Below, in pieces: positions 20,356 through 29,093 of a stretch of DNA of 64,000 bases. The position numbers were made by a program, and so were the translations under genes. The notes under the pieces were generated by a model that saw only the letters and a program-made list of their open reading frames with translations, had not been told where the DNA came from and ran no database searches. Source of the stretch: Paludibacteraceae bacterium (GTDB lineage Bacteria > Bacteroidota > Bacteroidia > Bacteroidales > Paludibacteraceae). The DNA lies in assembly GCA_029974315.1 (NCBI GenBank), contig JARKSE010000128.1:85-64084 (forward strand), read 5' to 3'. Within the stretch, counting starts at the first letter, position 1, and every line of letters begins with the position of its first letter.

Positions 20356-20398
20356 CAAAACCTAATAAAAAAGTTGTTACGTTTACCTCGAAAATAGA

Positions 20399-20432
20399 TA
20401 AAAAAAGTCGCTTAGTGATTTACTAAGCGACT
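20399..20432 (-). terminator. intrinsic terminator downstream of tRNA-Met
   Basis: On the minus strand, AGTCGCTTAGT-AAATC-ACTAAGCGACT forms an 11-bp stem and is followed by TTTTTT. Confidence 0.8.
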
Positions 20433-20443
20433 TGTTATCTTTG

Positions 20444-20515
<72 letters not shown>

Positions 20516-20528
20516 ATGTTTACGAGTG

Positions 20529-20536
20529 CAAAGGTA
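20529..20536 (-). promoter_or_regulatory. -7 promoter motif TACCTTTG (tRNA-fMet)
   Basis: Perfect TAnnTTTG match, 14 nt upstream of the tRNA 5' end. Confidence 0.5.
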
Positions 20537-20611
20537 ATACTTTTTAAGATATAAAGCAAACTTTATATGTTAAAAATAACAAAAAAGCCAATACTTTGAC
20601 TTTTGTTAAAG

Positions 20612-20698
20612 CGGAAAGCGAGGGATTCGAACCCCCGGTACAGTTACCCGTACACCGCATTTCGAGTGCGGCCCATTCGACCACTCTGGCAGCTTTCC
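20612..20698 (-). tRNA. tRNA-Ser (CGA)
   Basis: Manual cloverleaf: acceptor GGAAAGC/GCTTTCC and a 3-bp D stem. The anticodon stem-loop is CCGCA-CTCGAAA-TGCGG and the T-loop is TTCGAAT. The long variable arm (GTAC..GTAC) marks a class II tRNA. CCA is not encoded. Confidence 0.9.
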
Positions 20699-20708
20699 AA
20701 AGCAACTA

Positions 20709-20716
20709 CAAAGTTA
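20709..20716 (-). promoter_or_regulatory. -7 promoter motif TAACTTTG (tRNA-Ser)
   Basis: Perfect TAnnTTTG match, 11 nt upstream of the tRNA 5' end. Confidence 0.5.
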
Positions 20717-20781
20717 CAAACAATTCACAAAAACAAACCAAAAAAAAGAATTATTTATTTTAAAATTGGAATATATAACGC

Positions 20782-20789
20782 TATATTTG
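20782..20789 (+). promoter_or_regulatory. -7 promoter motif TATATTTG (LMW-PTP gene)
   Basis: Perfect TAnnTTTG match, 34 nt upstream of the ATG at 20823. Confidence 0.5.
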
Positions 20790-20822
20790 TGAACGTAGTA
20801 CAAAATTTAGCTTTTAGAAAAT

Positions 20823-21278
20823 ATGAAACTCCTTTTTGTCTGCTTGGGTAATATTTGCCGTTCACCCATGGCGGAAACTATATTTAAGCAAAAATTACAT
20901 GATCGACACCTCTCTGCAGAAGTTGATTCGGCTGGCTTAGAGAACTACCATGAAGGCGACCAAGCCGATAGCCGCATGCGGGCACACGCCGAGCGTAGAG
21001 GGTATCATATTACACATATTTCACGGCCCATCATACGAGATGATTTTTACCATTTCGATCTTATTTTCGGCATGGACGCGCAAAATATGCGTGCACTCAA
21101 AAGCCGAGCACCACAAGGTACCGAATACAAACTCCGTTTGATTACCAACTATTGCGAACAATTTCCTCTTGCTGACTCCGTACCCGATCCGTACTACGGC
21201 GGTGAAAGCGGTTTTGAATTAGTTATTGATTTACTGGAAGATGCGTGCGAAGGCATTATCACGCGAGAATTGCTATAA
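20823..21278 (+). CDS. low-molecular-weight protein-tyrosine phosphatase
   Basis: 151-aa ORF with the P-loop VCLGNICRSPMAE and a DPYY motif near the C-terminus. Confidence 0.92.
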   Translation: MKLLFVCLGNICRSPMAETIFKQKLHDRHLSAEVDSAGLENYHEGDQADSRMRAHAERRGYHITHISRPIIRDDFYHFDLIFGMDAQNMRALKSRAPQGTEYKLRLITNYCEQFPLADSVPDPYYGGESGFELVIDLLEDACEGIITRELL

Positions 21279-21280
21279 AA

Positions 21281-21979
21281 TTACTCAAAATTTAAGCAAA
21301 TAGTTAGCATACGTGATGTGAGGCGACTAATAGCATCAGAATATTTACGGTCGGCAGGTAGCAATACGTCATCAGGACGTTCGCTCCACGGAACGAGCAT
21401 GTCGTTAAAGCCCAATGCAAATTTAATTTCTGGTGAAAATCTAAAAAAGCTAAAATAGAACGTACAACCCACTCCGAAATCGATAAAATAGTCGGTACTC
21501 TTCAACAATACAGGCATCTGCCTATCGCCAGCCATATCAAACATAACACCTCCGCCAGCTATGAGATACGGACGATAATTATTGATACGTGGTGCGCTGA
21601 ATTTTATATAAGCTGGCACTGAAATAATTGTCGATTTAACGCTAGTTCTAATAATTTCATCGTCCACATTGTTAGAGTACGAAATAGTTCTATCTGCTAA
21701 ATGCAAAGCTGGAATTAAGCGAAAATTGAGATTGTTCGACAAACGTACATCGCCCAAAACACCCACCATAAAACCTGGCATTACCATGGAAACATCAACA
21801 TTGTACACTTTGCCATCAATTTCTTGCTGACTTTGAGTAAATCCAAAGTCCATGATATTAGTACCCAATGCAAATCCAAAATGCAAGGTTTTATAGTCAA
21901 CCATCGGTAAATTGTCTTGCGCACCTACGCCAAGAGAGAAACCTACAAATAAAGTCAGTATGATAAAAATGCGTTTCAC
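21281..21979 (-). CDS. outer-membrane beta-barrel protein (PorT/OMP_b-brl-like)
   Basis: 232-aa ORF with a signal peptide, an alternating amphipathic beta-strand pattern and a C-terminal aromatic end (LNFE). The family call is tentative. Confidence 0.6.
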   Translation of the reverse strand: MKRIFIILTLFVGFSLGVGAQDNLPMVDYKTLHFGFALGTNIMDFGFTQSQQEIDGKVYNVDVSMVMPGFMVGVLGDVRLSNNLNFRLIPALHLADRTISYSNNVDDEIIRTSVKSTIISVPAYIKFSAPRINNYRPYLIAGGGVMFDMAGDRQMPVLLKSTDYFIDFGVGCTFYFSFFRFSPEIKFALGFNDMLVPWSERPDDVLLPADRKYSDAISRLTSRMLTICLNFE

Positions 21980-22102
21980 GGTTTTAAAACGAATAAGTAA
22001 ACTATTTATTGTTGGAAAGATAAAATAACAGCTCTGAAAGTTGGTTTTTCGACTAAAAAGAAATATTTGTGTTAAAAAATTTGCTATCGATGGAAATTAG
22101 TG

Positions 22103-22110
22103 TAATTTTG
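22103..22110 (+). promoter_or_regulatory. -7 promoter motif TAATTTTG (ferredoxin)
   Basis: Perfect TAnnTTTG match, 37 nt upstream of the ATG at 22147. Confidence 0.5.
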
Positions 22111-22146
22111 CATTGCTAATTAGTATTAATCAAAAACAATAAAAAC

Positions 22147-22314
22147 ATGGCTTACGTTATTAACGATGATTGTATCGCTTGTGGCACTTGCATTAGTGAA
22201 TGTCCTGTAGATGCTATTTCAGAAGGCGATATCTATGTAATTGATCCAGACATTTGTACAGAATGTGGAACATGCGCTGATGTTTGTCCTTCAGATGCAA
22301 TTCATCCTGCTTAA
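22147..22314 (+). CDS. 2x[4Fe-4S] ferredoxin (55 aa)
   Basis: Below the ORF-track length cutoff. The translation is MAYVINDDCIACGTCISECPVDAISEGDIYVIDPDICTECGTCADVCPSDAIHPA, with two CxxCxxCxxxCP motifs. It has its own promoter and terminator. Confidence 0.9.
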   Translation: MAYVINDDCIACGTCISECPVDAISEGDIYVIDPDICTECGTCADVCPSDAIHPA

Positions 22315-22331
22315 GTAATTTAAAAGTTTTG

Positions 22332-22366
22332 AAAAGGCTGTTTGAGTATCAAACAGCCTTTTTTAT
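22332..22366. terminator. bidirectional intrinsic terminator (ferredoxin + / argS -)
   Basis: 14-bp stem aaaaggctgtttga / tcaaacagcctttt with a 3-nt loop, followed by a T-run. Confidence 0.8.
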
Positions 22367-22371
22367 TATAC

Positions 22372-24162
22372 TTACATACGCTCTGGGACCTCTATTCCAA
22401 GCAGATACATAGCACTTTTAACCACTTTCGCCACATTAGCTGAAAGCACTAAACGGAAATTGCGTAGAGCCATATTGTTCTCACGCAAAATAGAAAAGTC
22501 GTGATAAAATTGATTGTACTCTTTCACTAAATCGTACGTATAGTTGGCAATGACAGCGGGACTAAAGTCATCACCTGCTTGTTTTACAATTTCTGGATAA
22601 TCCGCTAACAATTGAATCAAATAAGTCTCTTTTTCAGATAATTGCAATGAAGTATCGAGTGGTTCAAGTGTAATCTTCTGCTCTTCTGCTTTACGCAATA
22701 CCGACTTAATACGAGCATGTGTATATTGAATAAAAGGTCCAGTATTTCCATTAAAATCAATCGATTCTTTGGGGTTAAAGACCATATTTTTCTTAGGATC
22801 AACTTTTAATATAAAATATTTCAAAGCCCCCAAACCAACCATTGTAGCAACCTCGTGCGCTTCTTCTGGTGTACAACCATCAAGTTTACCGAGTTCTTGT
22901 GAAGTTTCTGTAGCAGTTTGTACCATTTCGTCTATCAAATCGTCAGCATCAACTACGGTTCCTTCTCTACTTTTCATCTTACCATCAGGTAGTTCTACCA
23001 TACCATACGAGAAATGCACCAACTCTTTACCCCATTCAAAGCCGAGTTTATCTAATAGAAGTGATAGTACTTGAAAATGATAATTTTGCTCATTACCAAC
23101 TACATAAACCATTTTTTTGATAGGAAAATCATCATAACGTAATTTGGCAGTTCCCACGTCTTGTGTCATATACACCGAAGTTCCATCGGCACGTAATAGG
23201 AGTTTTTCATCCAAACCCTCGTTCGTTAAATCAATCCAAATAGATCCATCATCACGGCGATAACAAACACCTTTTTCTACGCCTTCTTCTACTTGCTTTT
23301 TACCAACCAAATAAGTTTGTGATTCATAATATATTTTATCAAAATCAACACCTAATTTTTTATATGTTTCATCAAAACCTGCATAAACCCACCCATTCAT
23401 AGTTTCCCACAAATGACGAGCTTCAGGATCGCCCTGTTCCCAACGCACCAACATGTTTTGAGTGGCCTGCATCAATGGCGCATTTTTCTTAGCTTCCTCT
23501 TCAGTTTGCCCTTGAGCCATCAACTCTTTTATCTCTTTGCGATATTCTTTATCGAACACCACATAATATTTCCCTACTAAATGATCACCTTTCATGCCTG
23601 ATGTTACAGGAGTTTCGCCGTTACCAAAGAGCTGCCACGCCAACATCGATTTACAAATATGCACGCCACGATCATTCACAATGTTAGTTTTCACCACTTT
23701 CCAACCATTAGCAGTTTGAATTCTACTGATACTGAAACCTAATAAATTATTGCGAATGTGTCCTAAGTGCAAAGGTTTGTTTGTATTTGGTGAAGAATAT
23801 TCAATCATCATTAAGGGCGCATCAACTGCAGGCTCAACAACGCCATAATCAATCTGATTAGCAATGTCATTTAACTGTTTTACCCAATATACTTGGCTAA
23901 TTGTTAGGTTTAAAAAGCCTTTAATGACATTAAAGTCAGTAATTATTGATTGATGTTCACGTAAAAATTGACCTATTTCACGCGCTGTATCTTCAGGAGA
24001 TTTACGTGCTGCTTTTACAAATGGAAAAACTACTACGGTCACATCGCCTTCAAACTCTTTTTTGGTTTTTTGAAGTTGTACGCTATCGCTTAAAACTTCC
24101 ACATTATAAAGCGATTGAACAGCTTGAACCACAGCTTGCGAAACAACAAATTCTAATTTCAT
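22372..24162 (-). CDS. argS: arginine--tRNA ligase
   Basis: Class I aaRS with the HIGH-type motif PNTNKPLHLGHIRN and the ArgRS anticodon-binding C-terminus ending in M. I moved the start to Met21 (MKLEFVV), because the promoter motif at 24186-24193 lies inside the longer track ORF. Confidence 0.93.
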   Translation of the reverse strand: MKLEFVVSQAVVQAVQSLYNVEVLSDSVQLQKTKKEFEGDVTVVVFPFVKAARKSPEDTAREIGQFLREHQSIITDFNVIKGFLNLTISQVYWVKQLNDIANQIDYGVVEPAVDAPLMMIEYSSPNTNKPLHLGHIRNNLLGFSISRIQTANGWKVVKTNIVNDRGVHICKSMLAWQLFGNGETPVTSGMKGDHLVGKYYVVFDKEYRKEIKELMAQGQTEEEAKKNAPLMQATQNMLVRWEQGDPEARHLWETMNGWVYAGFDETYKKLGVDFDKIYYESQTYLVGKKQVEEGVEKGVCYRRDDGSIWIDLTNEGLDEKLLLRADGTSVYMTQDVGTAKLRYDDFPIKKMVYVVGNEQNYHFQVLSLLLDKLGFEWGKELVHFSYGMVELPDGKMKSREGTVVDADDLIDEMVQTATETSQELGKLDGCTPEEAHEVATMVGLGALKYFILKVDPKKNMVFNPKESIDFNGNTGPFIQYTHARIKSVLRKAEEQKITLEPLDTSLQLSEKETYLIQLLADYPEIVKQAGDDFSPAVIANYTYDLVKEYNQFYHDFSILRENNMALRNFRLVLSANVAKVVKSAMYLLGIEVPERM

Positions 24163-24185
24163 AATACAAATAACTTTATTGGGGA

Positions 24186-24193
24186 CAAAGGTA
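24186..24193 (-). promoter_or_regulatory. -7 promoter motif TACCTTTG (argS)
   Basis: Perfect TAnnTTTG match on the minus strand, 24 nt upstream of the ATG at 24162. Confidence 0.5.
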
Positions 24194-24208
24194 TAAAAAA
24201 TAGAGGCA

Positions 24209-24240
24209 TAAAAAAAGGACACATAATGCGTCCCTTTTAG
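24209..24240 (-). terminator. intrinsic terminator after the HU gene
   Basis: On the minus strand, GGGAC-GCATTATGT-GTCCT forms a short stem that includes a G-U pair, followed by a T7 run. Confidence 0.45.
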
Positions 24241-24259
24241 TTTTTAAAATAAGTTTTAC

Positions 24260-24541
24260 TTATTTGTTGATAGCATCAGCTAATTCTGCACCAGCTTTAA
24301 ATTTAGCTACTTTTTTAGCTGCGATAGTAATAGGTTTTTTAGTTGCAGGATTGATACCTTGACGAGCAGCACGTTCAGCTACTGAGAATGTACCGAAACC
24401 TACTAAACCAACTTTATCACCAGCAGCAAGAGCTTTAGAAATGTTAGCTACTACAGCTTCAAGAGCTTTTTTTGCATCAACTTTGCTAAGGCCAGCATCA
24501 GCAGCGATAGCATTAATTAAATCTGCTTTGTTCATAGTCAA
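24260..24541 (-). CDS. HU family DNA-binding protein
   Basis: 93-aa ORF with MNKADLINAIAADAGLSK, GFGTFSV and RQGINPATKKPITIAAKKVAKFKAG. The start may be 24535. Confidence 0.93.
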   Translation of the reverse strand: MTMNKADLINAIAADAGLSKVDAKKALEAVVANISKALAAGDKVGLVGFGTFSVAERAARQGINPATKKPITIAAKKVAKFKAGAELADAINK

Positions 24542-24594
24542 AGAAAATTAAAAGGTTAGAGAACAATTAAAAAGGGTTAAATGAAATACTTTGA

Positions 24595-24602
24595 CAAAAA
24601 TA
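24595..24602 (-). promoter_or_regulatory. -7 promoter motif TATTTTTG (HU gene)
   Basis: Perfect TAnnTTTG match on the minus strand, about 55 nt upstream of the ATG. Confidence 0.45.
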
Positions 24603-24707
24603 GGGGATTTTTTTAAGCTAACAAATTATTTTCTTAATTTTTTCAAAAAAATTGCATAAAAAGGTTGTTTTTAGGCTACAAACCCCTCTTAGCTCCTTTT
24701 TTTTGCC

Positions 24708-24715
24708 TATTTTTG
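24708..24715 (+). promoter_or_regulatory. -7 promoter motif TATTTTTG (rhomboid operon)
   Basis: Perfect TAnnTTTG match, 16 nt upstream of the ATG at 24731. Confidence 0.45.
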
Positions 24716-24730
24716 TGGAAAATTTAATTT

Positions 24731-25522
24731 ATGAGTCTCAATAAACCATCTTTTTTTAGTCAAATCCCTTCAGTTGTACTGAATTTAATCATCATAAATG
24801 GCTTATTTTGGCTGGGAAGTATAATTTTACCTGCCAAATTTGGACTAAATGTTACTGATATATTAGGTATGCACTACTGGGAATCGGATAAATTTTATCT
24901 GTATCAGTTGGTGTCATACATGTTTATGCATGATACTTCATCTATTTCACACCTATTTTTCAACATGTTTGGTCTTTATATGTTTGGTCGTATTTTAGAA
25001 CAAGTGTGGGGTTCCAAAAAGTTCTTACTATATTATATGGCAACAGGTGTTGGTGCAGCCATAGTACAACAGTTATTTTGGACCGTCGAATTATGGGATG
25101 TATCTCGCGCTTTCTCTGCTGCGATTGCTGAAAATTCTGGAGCAGCTTTAATTAGTCAAGAAGGTTTTTTAAGTCGCTATTTTAGATTTTCTAATTTAGA
25201 AGCGTTAACCGCCATTGATTTAATAAGTATGAAAACTGTGCTATTCAATCTTCCTGTAACTGTAGGAGCATCTGGAGCTGTGTTTGGTATATTGTTAGCC
25301 TTTGGCTGGTTATTCCCTGATATTAAATTGGTTATGATTTTCTTCCCAGTACCTATTAGGGCACGTGTTTTTGTAATACTTTATGGTTTAGCCGAACTTT
25401 TTTTAGGGGTTGCCAATTATTCAGGCGATAGTGTAGCGCATTTTGCACATCTTGGTGGTATGATATTTGGAGTCCTTCTATTACTCTATTGGCGTAAAAA
25501 GGGCGTGCTGTACAGACAATAA
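24731..25522 (+). CDS. rhomboid family intramembrane serine protease (paralog 1)
   Basis: 263-aa polytopic ORF with the catalytic Ser motif GASGAVFG and the His motif AHLGGMIFG. Confidence 0.9.
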   Translation: MSLNKPSFFSQIPSVVLNLIIINGLFWLGSIILPAKFGLNVTDILGMHYWESDKFYLYQLVSYMFMHDTSSISHLFFNMFGLYMFGRILEQVWGSKKFLLYYMATGVGAAIVQQLFWTVELWDVSRAFSAAIAENSGAALISQEGFLSRYFRFSNLEALTAIDLISMKTVLFNLPVTVGASGAVFGILLAFGWLFPDIKLVMIFFPVPIRARVFVILYGLAELFLGVANYSGDSVAHFAHLGGMIFGVLLLLYWRKKGVLYRQ

Positions 25523-25541
25523 TACGTAACTGCAATTCATT

Positions 25542-26435
25542 ATGAATACTTTTTTAAACTCATTTAAGGTAACGTTAAAAAACGGCTCTTCACTTACCAG
25601 ATTGCTCTATTTGAATATCGGGATTTTTATTATTGTTAAATTAATTGCAGTTACACTCCTTTTATTTAACATAGACACAGATACTTGGATGAGTTATATC
25701 GAGATGCCTGCCTCTTGGAAAACTCTGCTGTACAGGCCTTGGAGTATTATCACTTACATGTTTTTGCACTTTAATCTGTTCCATCTTTTTTTTAATATGC
25801 TGTGCCTGTATTGGTTTGGGAAGTTATTTTTAAATTTCTTTTCGCAAAAACAATTAGTTGGCTTGTACATTTTAGGAGGAATGGGCGGAGCATTACTCTA
25901 TTTACTAGCATACAACAGTTTCCCTTATTTTGCATCGATTGTAAATAGTTCATATCTTTTAGGAGCGTCTGCTTCTATTATGGCCATTATTGTAGCCCTT
26001 GCTACAACGTCGCCAAACTACACCATTCGTCTAATGTTGATCGGTGATATTCACATGAAATATTTTGCAGGTATCACTGTACTCATAAGTGTGTTGAGCG
26101 TTACAGGCAGTAATGCCGGCGGAGAATTTGCTCATTTAGGCGGTGCTTTAGTGGGATTTTTATATGCCTATTTCATGAAAAAAGGGACTGACTTAACCTC
26201 ACCAATCAATCGCATAATCGATTGGTTTATAAATCTGCAAAAATATCGAGCAGAAATTCGCATAACGAAATCATTCCAACCAAAAACAACTAAAACTGAT
26301 GCAGAATACAATCAAACACGAGCCCAACAAGAAAAAGAAATCGATAGCATATTGGATAAAATAAAACAATCGGGATACGATAGCCTCACCGCTTCTGAAA
26401 AGCAACGTCTTTTTGATCGAAGTCAGTCATTGTAA
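25542..26435 (+). CDS. rhomboid family intramembrane serine protease (paralog 2, with soluble C-terminal tail)
   Basis: 297-aa ORF with GASASIMAI and AHLGGALVG. A hydrophilic tail of about 80 aa ends in ILDKIKQSGYDSLTASEKQRLF. Confidence 0.88.
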   Translation: MNTFLNSFKVTLKNGSSLTRLLYLNIGIFIIVKLIAVTLLLFNIDTDTWMSYIEMPASWKTLLYRPWSIITYMFLHFNLFHLFFNMLCLYWFGKLFLNFFSQKQLVGLYILGGMGGALLYLLAYNSFPYFASIVNSSYLLGASASIMAIIVALATTSPNYTIRLMLIGDIHMKYFAGITVLISVLSVTGSNAGGEFAHLGGALVGFLYAYFMKKGTDLTSPINRIIDWFINLQKYRAEIRITKSFQPKTTKTDAEYNQTRAQQEKEIDSILDKIKQSGYDSLTASEKQRLFDRSQSL

Positions 26436-26437
26436 AC

Positions 26438-27526
26438 ATGTTTCGGAAAATTATAAAATATACATCGCTACTTATCAACCTATTTTTTGTGTTGCTCTAT
26501 GTGTGTGGATTGCTATCAAGTGTAATTCCCTCCGATAAATTTGTGTGGTTCGCCTACTTAGGACTATTTTTTCCGCTACTTATTTTAGTGCAGTTTGGCT
26601 TTGTTATTTTTTGGATTACACGCCGCAAATGGCTTTTCCTTATCTCTTTAGGAGTTTTGCTACTATCATTTCCAGCTGTAAATCGCGTATTTACATTACC
26701 TTTACATAAAAATCATCTTGTTGCAGAAGAGAAACCAATTATAAAATTACTGACATATAATGTTGCTATTTTTGGTGGTGAAAAAGAGTTTGATAACATT
26801 ATGAAAATCATAGAAAATGCTGATGCAGATATTGTTTGTTTACAGGAATTTGGATTTTACACACGTCACAATCTATTAACTGAATATCAAGTTCTTTCAC
26901 GGTTTAGCAAAACGTATCCGTACAGACATTTATGGTACAAAAATCAGCGTAATAACATGTCGTGGGGCGTAGCTACGTTTTCAAAATACCCCATTATTCA
27001 CAAAGAAAAAATAGAATATTCGTCTGACTACAATGTAAGCATTTACTCCGACGTAGTTATCAAGTTGGACACCGTACGTATTTTCAATAATCACCTGGAA
27101 TCCAACAAGTTAACAATGGGCGATGTAAAACATTATAAATCGCTTTCCGATGATTTTAGCCACGAAAAGCTGTGGCGAATCACTGAAAAATTTTCGTACA
27201 AATTGGGAGCAGCCTACCGTGTGCGAGCCAAACAAGCGCGTGCCATAAAATCATCAATAGACGAATCGCCCTATCCCGTTGTGGTATGTGGTGACTTTAA
27301 CGATGTACCACAATCATACGCCTATCGAACTATTGCAAAAAATCTGAACGACGTAAAAACCACTACAGGTTGGGGATATAACTACACGTTTAATGCAAAT
27401 GGTATGCTTGTTGACATAGACCACGTATTGGTAAGCAAACAAGATATTGCACCACTTCGCTACTCTATTATACGCAAACCCTTTTCAGACCACTATCCTG
27501 TTTTGAGCGAATGGCAAGTAAAATAG
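26438..27526 (+). CDS. membrane-anchored endonuclease/exonuclease/phosphatase (EEP) family protein
   Basis: 362-aa ORF with three N-terminal TM helices followed by an EEP fold (LLTYNV, IVCLQE, GDFND, SDHYPV). It starts 2 nt after rhomboid 2. Confidence 0.85.
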   Translation: MFRKIIKYTSLLINLFFVLLYVCGLLSSVIPSDKFVWFAYLGLFFPLLILVQFGFVIFWITRRKWLFLISLGVLLLSFPAVNRVFTLPLHKNHLVAEEKPIIKLLTYNVAIFGGEKEFDNIMKIIENADADIVCLQEFGFYTRHNLLTEYQVLSRFSKTYPYRHLWYKNQRNNMSWGVATFSKYPIIHKEKIEYSSDYNVSIYSDVVIKLDTVRIFNNHLESNKLTMGDVKHYKSLSDDFSHEKLWRITEKFSYKLGAAYRVRAKQARAIKSSIDESPYPVVVCGDFNDVPQSYAYRTIAKNLNDVKTTTGWGYNYTFNANGMLVDIDHVLVSKQDIAPLRYSIIRKPFSDHYPVLSEWQVK

Positions 27527-27566
27527 TATTAACGTAATTTTACTTGTAACTTTACATAAGAAGTTG

Positions 27567-27574
27567 TATCTTTG
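27567..27574 (+). promoter_or_regulatory. -7 promoter motif TATCTTTG with upstream TTG (metK)
   Basis: Perfect TAnnTTTG match, with a TTG at 27544-27546 about 21 nt upstream. This implies a metK 5' leader of roughly 140 nt. Confidence 0.5.
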
Positions 27575-27585
27575 CAATTAAAAAT

Positions 27586-27640
27586 ATTGTGGAGAGATTT
27601 GACCGCTTGCAACCACTTGAAAAAAATGCTAAAATAGTTT
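27586..27640 (+). ncRNA. candidate SAM-II-like riboswitch aptamer in the metK leader
   Basis: The blocks GAUUU (27596-600), GCUUGC (27605-10) and GCUAAAA (27628-34) match my recollection of the SAM-II consensus. There is a possible P1 GUGG(27589-92)/CCAC(27613-16). A possible pseudoknot pairs AG..AUUU(27593-600) with AAAU.CU(27624-30). Not verified with a covariance model. Confidence 0.35.
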
Positions 27641-27720
27641 TTACTACTGCACTTTTTTATCGCTAACGCGAATCGTTTCTCCCAAATTAACAAAATTGTT
27701 TCACGTTTAATTCTGTTATT

Positions 27721-29004
27721 ATGGGATATTTATTTTCATCAGAATCAGTTTCAGAAGGCCATCCAGACAAAGTGGCCGACCAAATTTCAGATGCCATACT
27801 CGATGAGTTTTTGGCTTTTGATCCAACGTCAAAAGTGGCGTGCGAAACCTTTGTAACTACAGGACAAGTGATCCTTGGTGGTGAAGTGAAATCGAAAGCC
27901 TACATTGACATACAAGATGTAGCGCGCCGAGTGATTAACCGCATTGGTTATACGAAAAGTGAATACATGTTCGATGGCAACTCCTGTGGCGTGCTATCGG
28001 CTATACACGAGCAATCTGCAGATATAAATCGTGGTGTAGAACGTGATGATGCTATGAATCAAGGCGCTGGAGATCAAGGCATGATGTTTGGTTATGCATC
28101 AAACGAAACGGAACATTACATTCCGTTGGCATTAGACTTATCGCATCAATTATTGATAGAATTAGCTGCAATTCGTCGCGAAGGCAAGGAGATGACCTAT
28201 TTACGTCCCGATTCAAAATCGCAAGTAACCATGGAGTACGATGATGCTGGTTATCCAAAACGTATTCACACGATTGTTATCTCAACACAACACGATGAAT
28301 TTATTCAAGTAGACAGCAAAAAATCACAACTGGAAGCAGATGAAGAGATGCTCAAAAGAATAAAACACGATATAAAAACGATTTTAATTCCACGTGTTTT
28401 TAAGCACAATAGTGTATTTAGTAGCTATCTCGACAACAACTATATTTTATTGGTAAATCCCACTGGGAAATTTGTAATTGGCGGTCCTCATGGGGATACC
28501 GGCCTTACAGGTCGTAAAATTATTGTTGATACGTATGGCGGTAAAGGTGCACATGGCGGAGGAGCTTTTTCTGGTAAAGATCCTTCAAAAGTTGACCGTT
28601 CTGCAGCGTATGCAGCTCGTCACATTGCTAAAAACTTAGTGGCTGCGGGAGTTGCTAACGAAGTTTTGGTACAAGTATCATACGCCATTGGTGTTGCCGA
28701 ACCACTTAATTTATACGTTAATACATACGGAAAATCGAATGTTAATTTAAGTGATGCCGAAATTGCCAATCGTATTTCAACCCTGTTTGATATGCGTCCA
28801 AAAGCCATTGAAGATCGCTTACAATTACGTAAACCGATTTATGCAGAAACGGCTTCGTACGGACACATGGGACGTACGCCTCAAGTGATAACAAAAACTT
28901 TTGATTCTCGCTACGAAGGACGAAAAATCATTGAAGTAGAATTGTTTACATGGGAAAAATTAGATTATGTTGACCGCATAAAACAGCTATTTGATATTGA
29001 GTAA
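27721..29004 (+). CDS. metK: S-adenosylmethionine synthetase
   Basis: 427-aa ORF with the MetK signatures [32 protein letters not shown] and [16 protein letters not shown]. Confidence 0.96.
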   Translation: MGYLFSSESVSEGHPDKVADQISDAILDEFLAFDPTSKVACETFVTTGQVILGGEVKSKAYIDIQDVARRVINRIGYTKSEYMFDGNSCGVLSAIHEQSADINRGVERDDAMNQGAGDQGMMFGYASNETEHYIPLALDLSHQLLIELAAIRREGKEMTYLRPDSKSQVTMEYDDAGYPKRIHTIVISTQHDEFIQVDSKKSQLEADEEMLKRIKHDIKTILIPRVFKHNSVFSSYLDNNYILLVNPTGKFVIGGPHGDTGLTGRKIIVDTYGGKGAHGGGAFSGKDPSKVDRSAAYAARHIAKNLVAAGVANEVLVQVSYAIGVAEPLNLYVNTYGKSNVNLSDAEIANRISTLFDMRPKAIEDRLQLRKPIYAETASYGHMGRTPQVITKTFDSRYEGRKIIEVELFTWEKLDYVDRIKQLFDIE

Positions 29005-29017
29005 ATACTTTAAACAT

Positions 29018-29051
29018 AAAAAAGGACGTTGAAATCTCACCGTCCTTTTTA
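29018..29051. terminator. bidirectional intrinsic terminator (metK + / dcw-yqeY -)
   Basis: GGACG/CGTCC stem extended by A/T pairs, with a 12-nt loop and flanking A- and T-runs. Confidence 0.65.
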
Positions 29052-29093
29052 AAAATTAACCTTTTAATGTATCTATGTAACAAATTTCTACAT

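Noticed and set aside
20603-20851. 82-aa plus-strand ORF
   Set aside because: It runs antisense through tRNA-Ser (20612-20698) and through the promoter region of the LMW-PTP gene. It is an artefact of the tRNA sequence being stop-free.
24163-24222. N-terminal extensions of track ORFs for argS, and likewise murG 35365-35457, rsmH 44196-44231, the lipoprotein 20320-20358, batC 55993-56007 and batD 55289-55321
   Set aside because: The extensions overlap upstream genes or contain the TAnnTTTG promoter motif. In each case the family's conserved N-terminus or signal peptide begins at the internal Met.
27641-27660. Possible intrinsic terminator (T6 run at 27653-27658) in the metK leader
   Set aside because: The preceding sequence forms only 3-4 bp AT-rich stems (tagt/acta), so it is not a credible attenuator hairpin.
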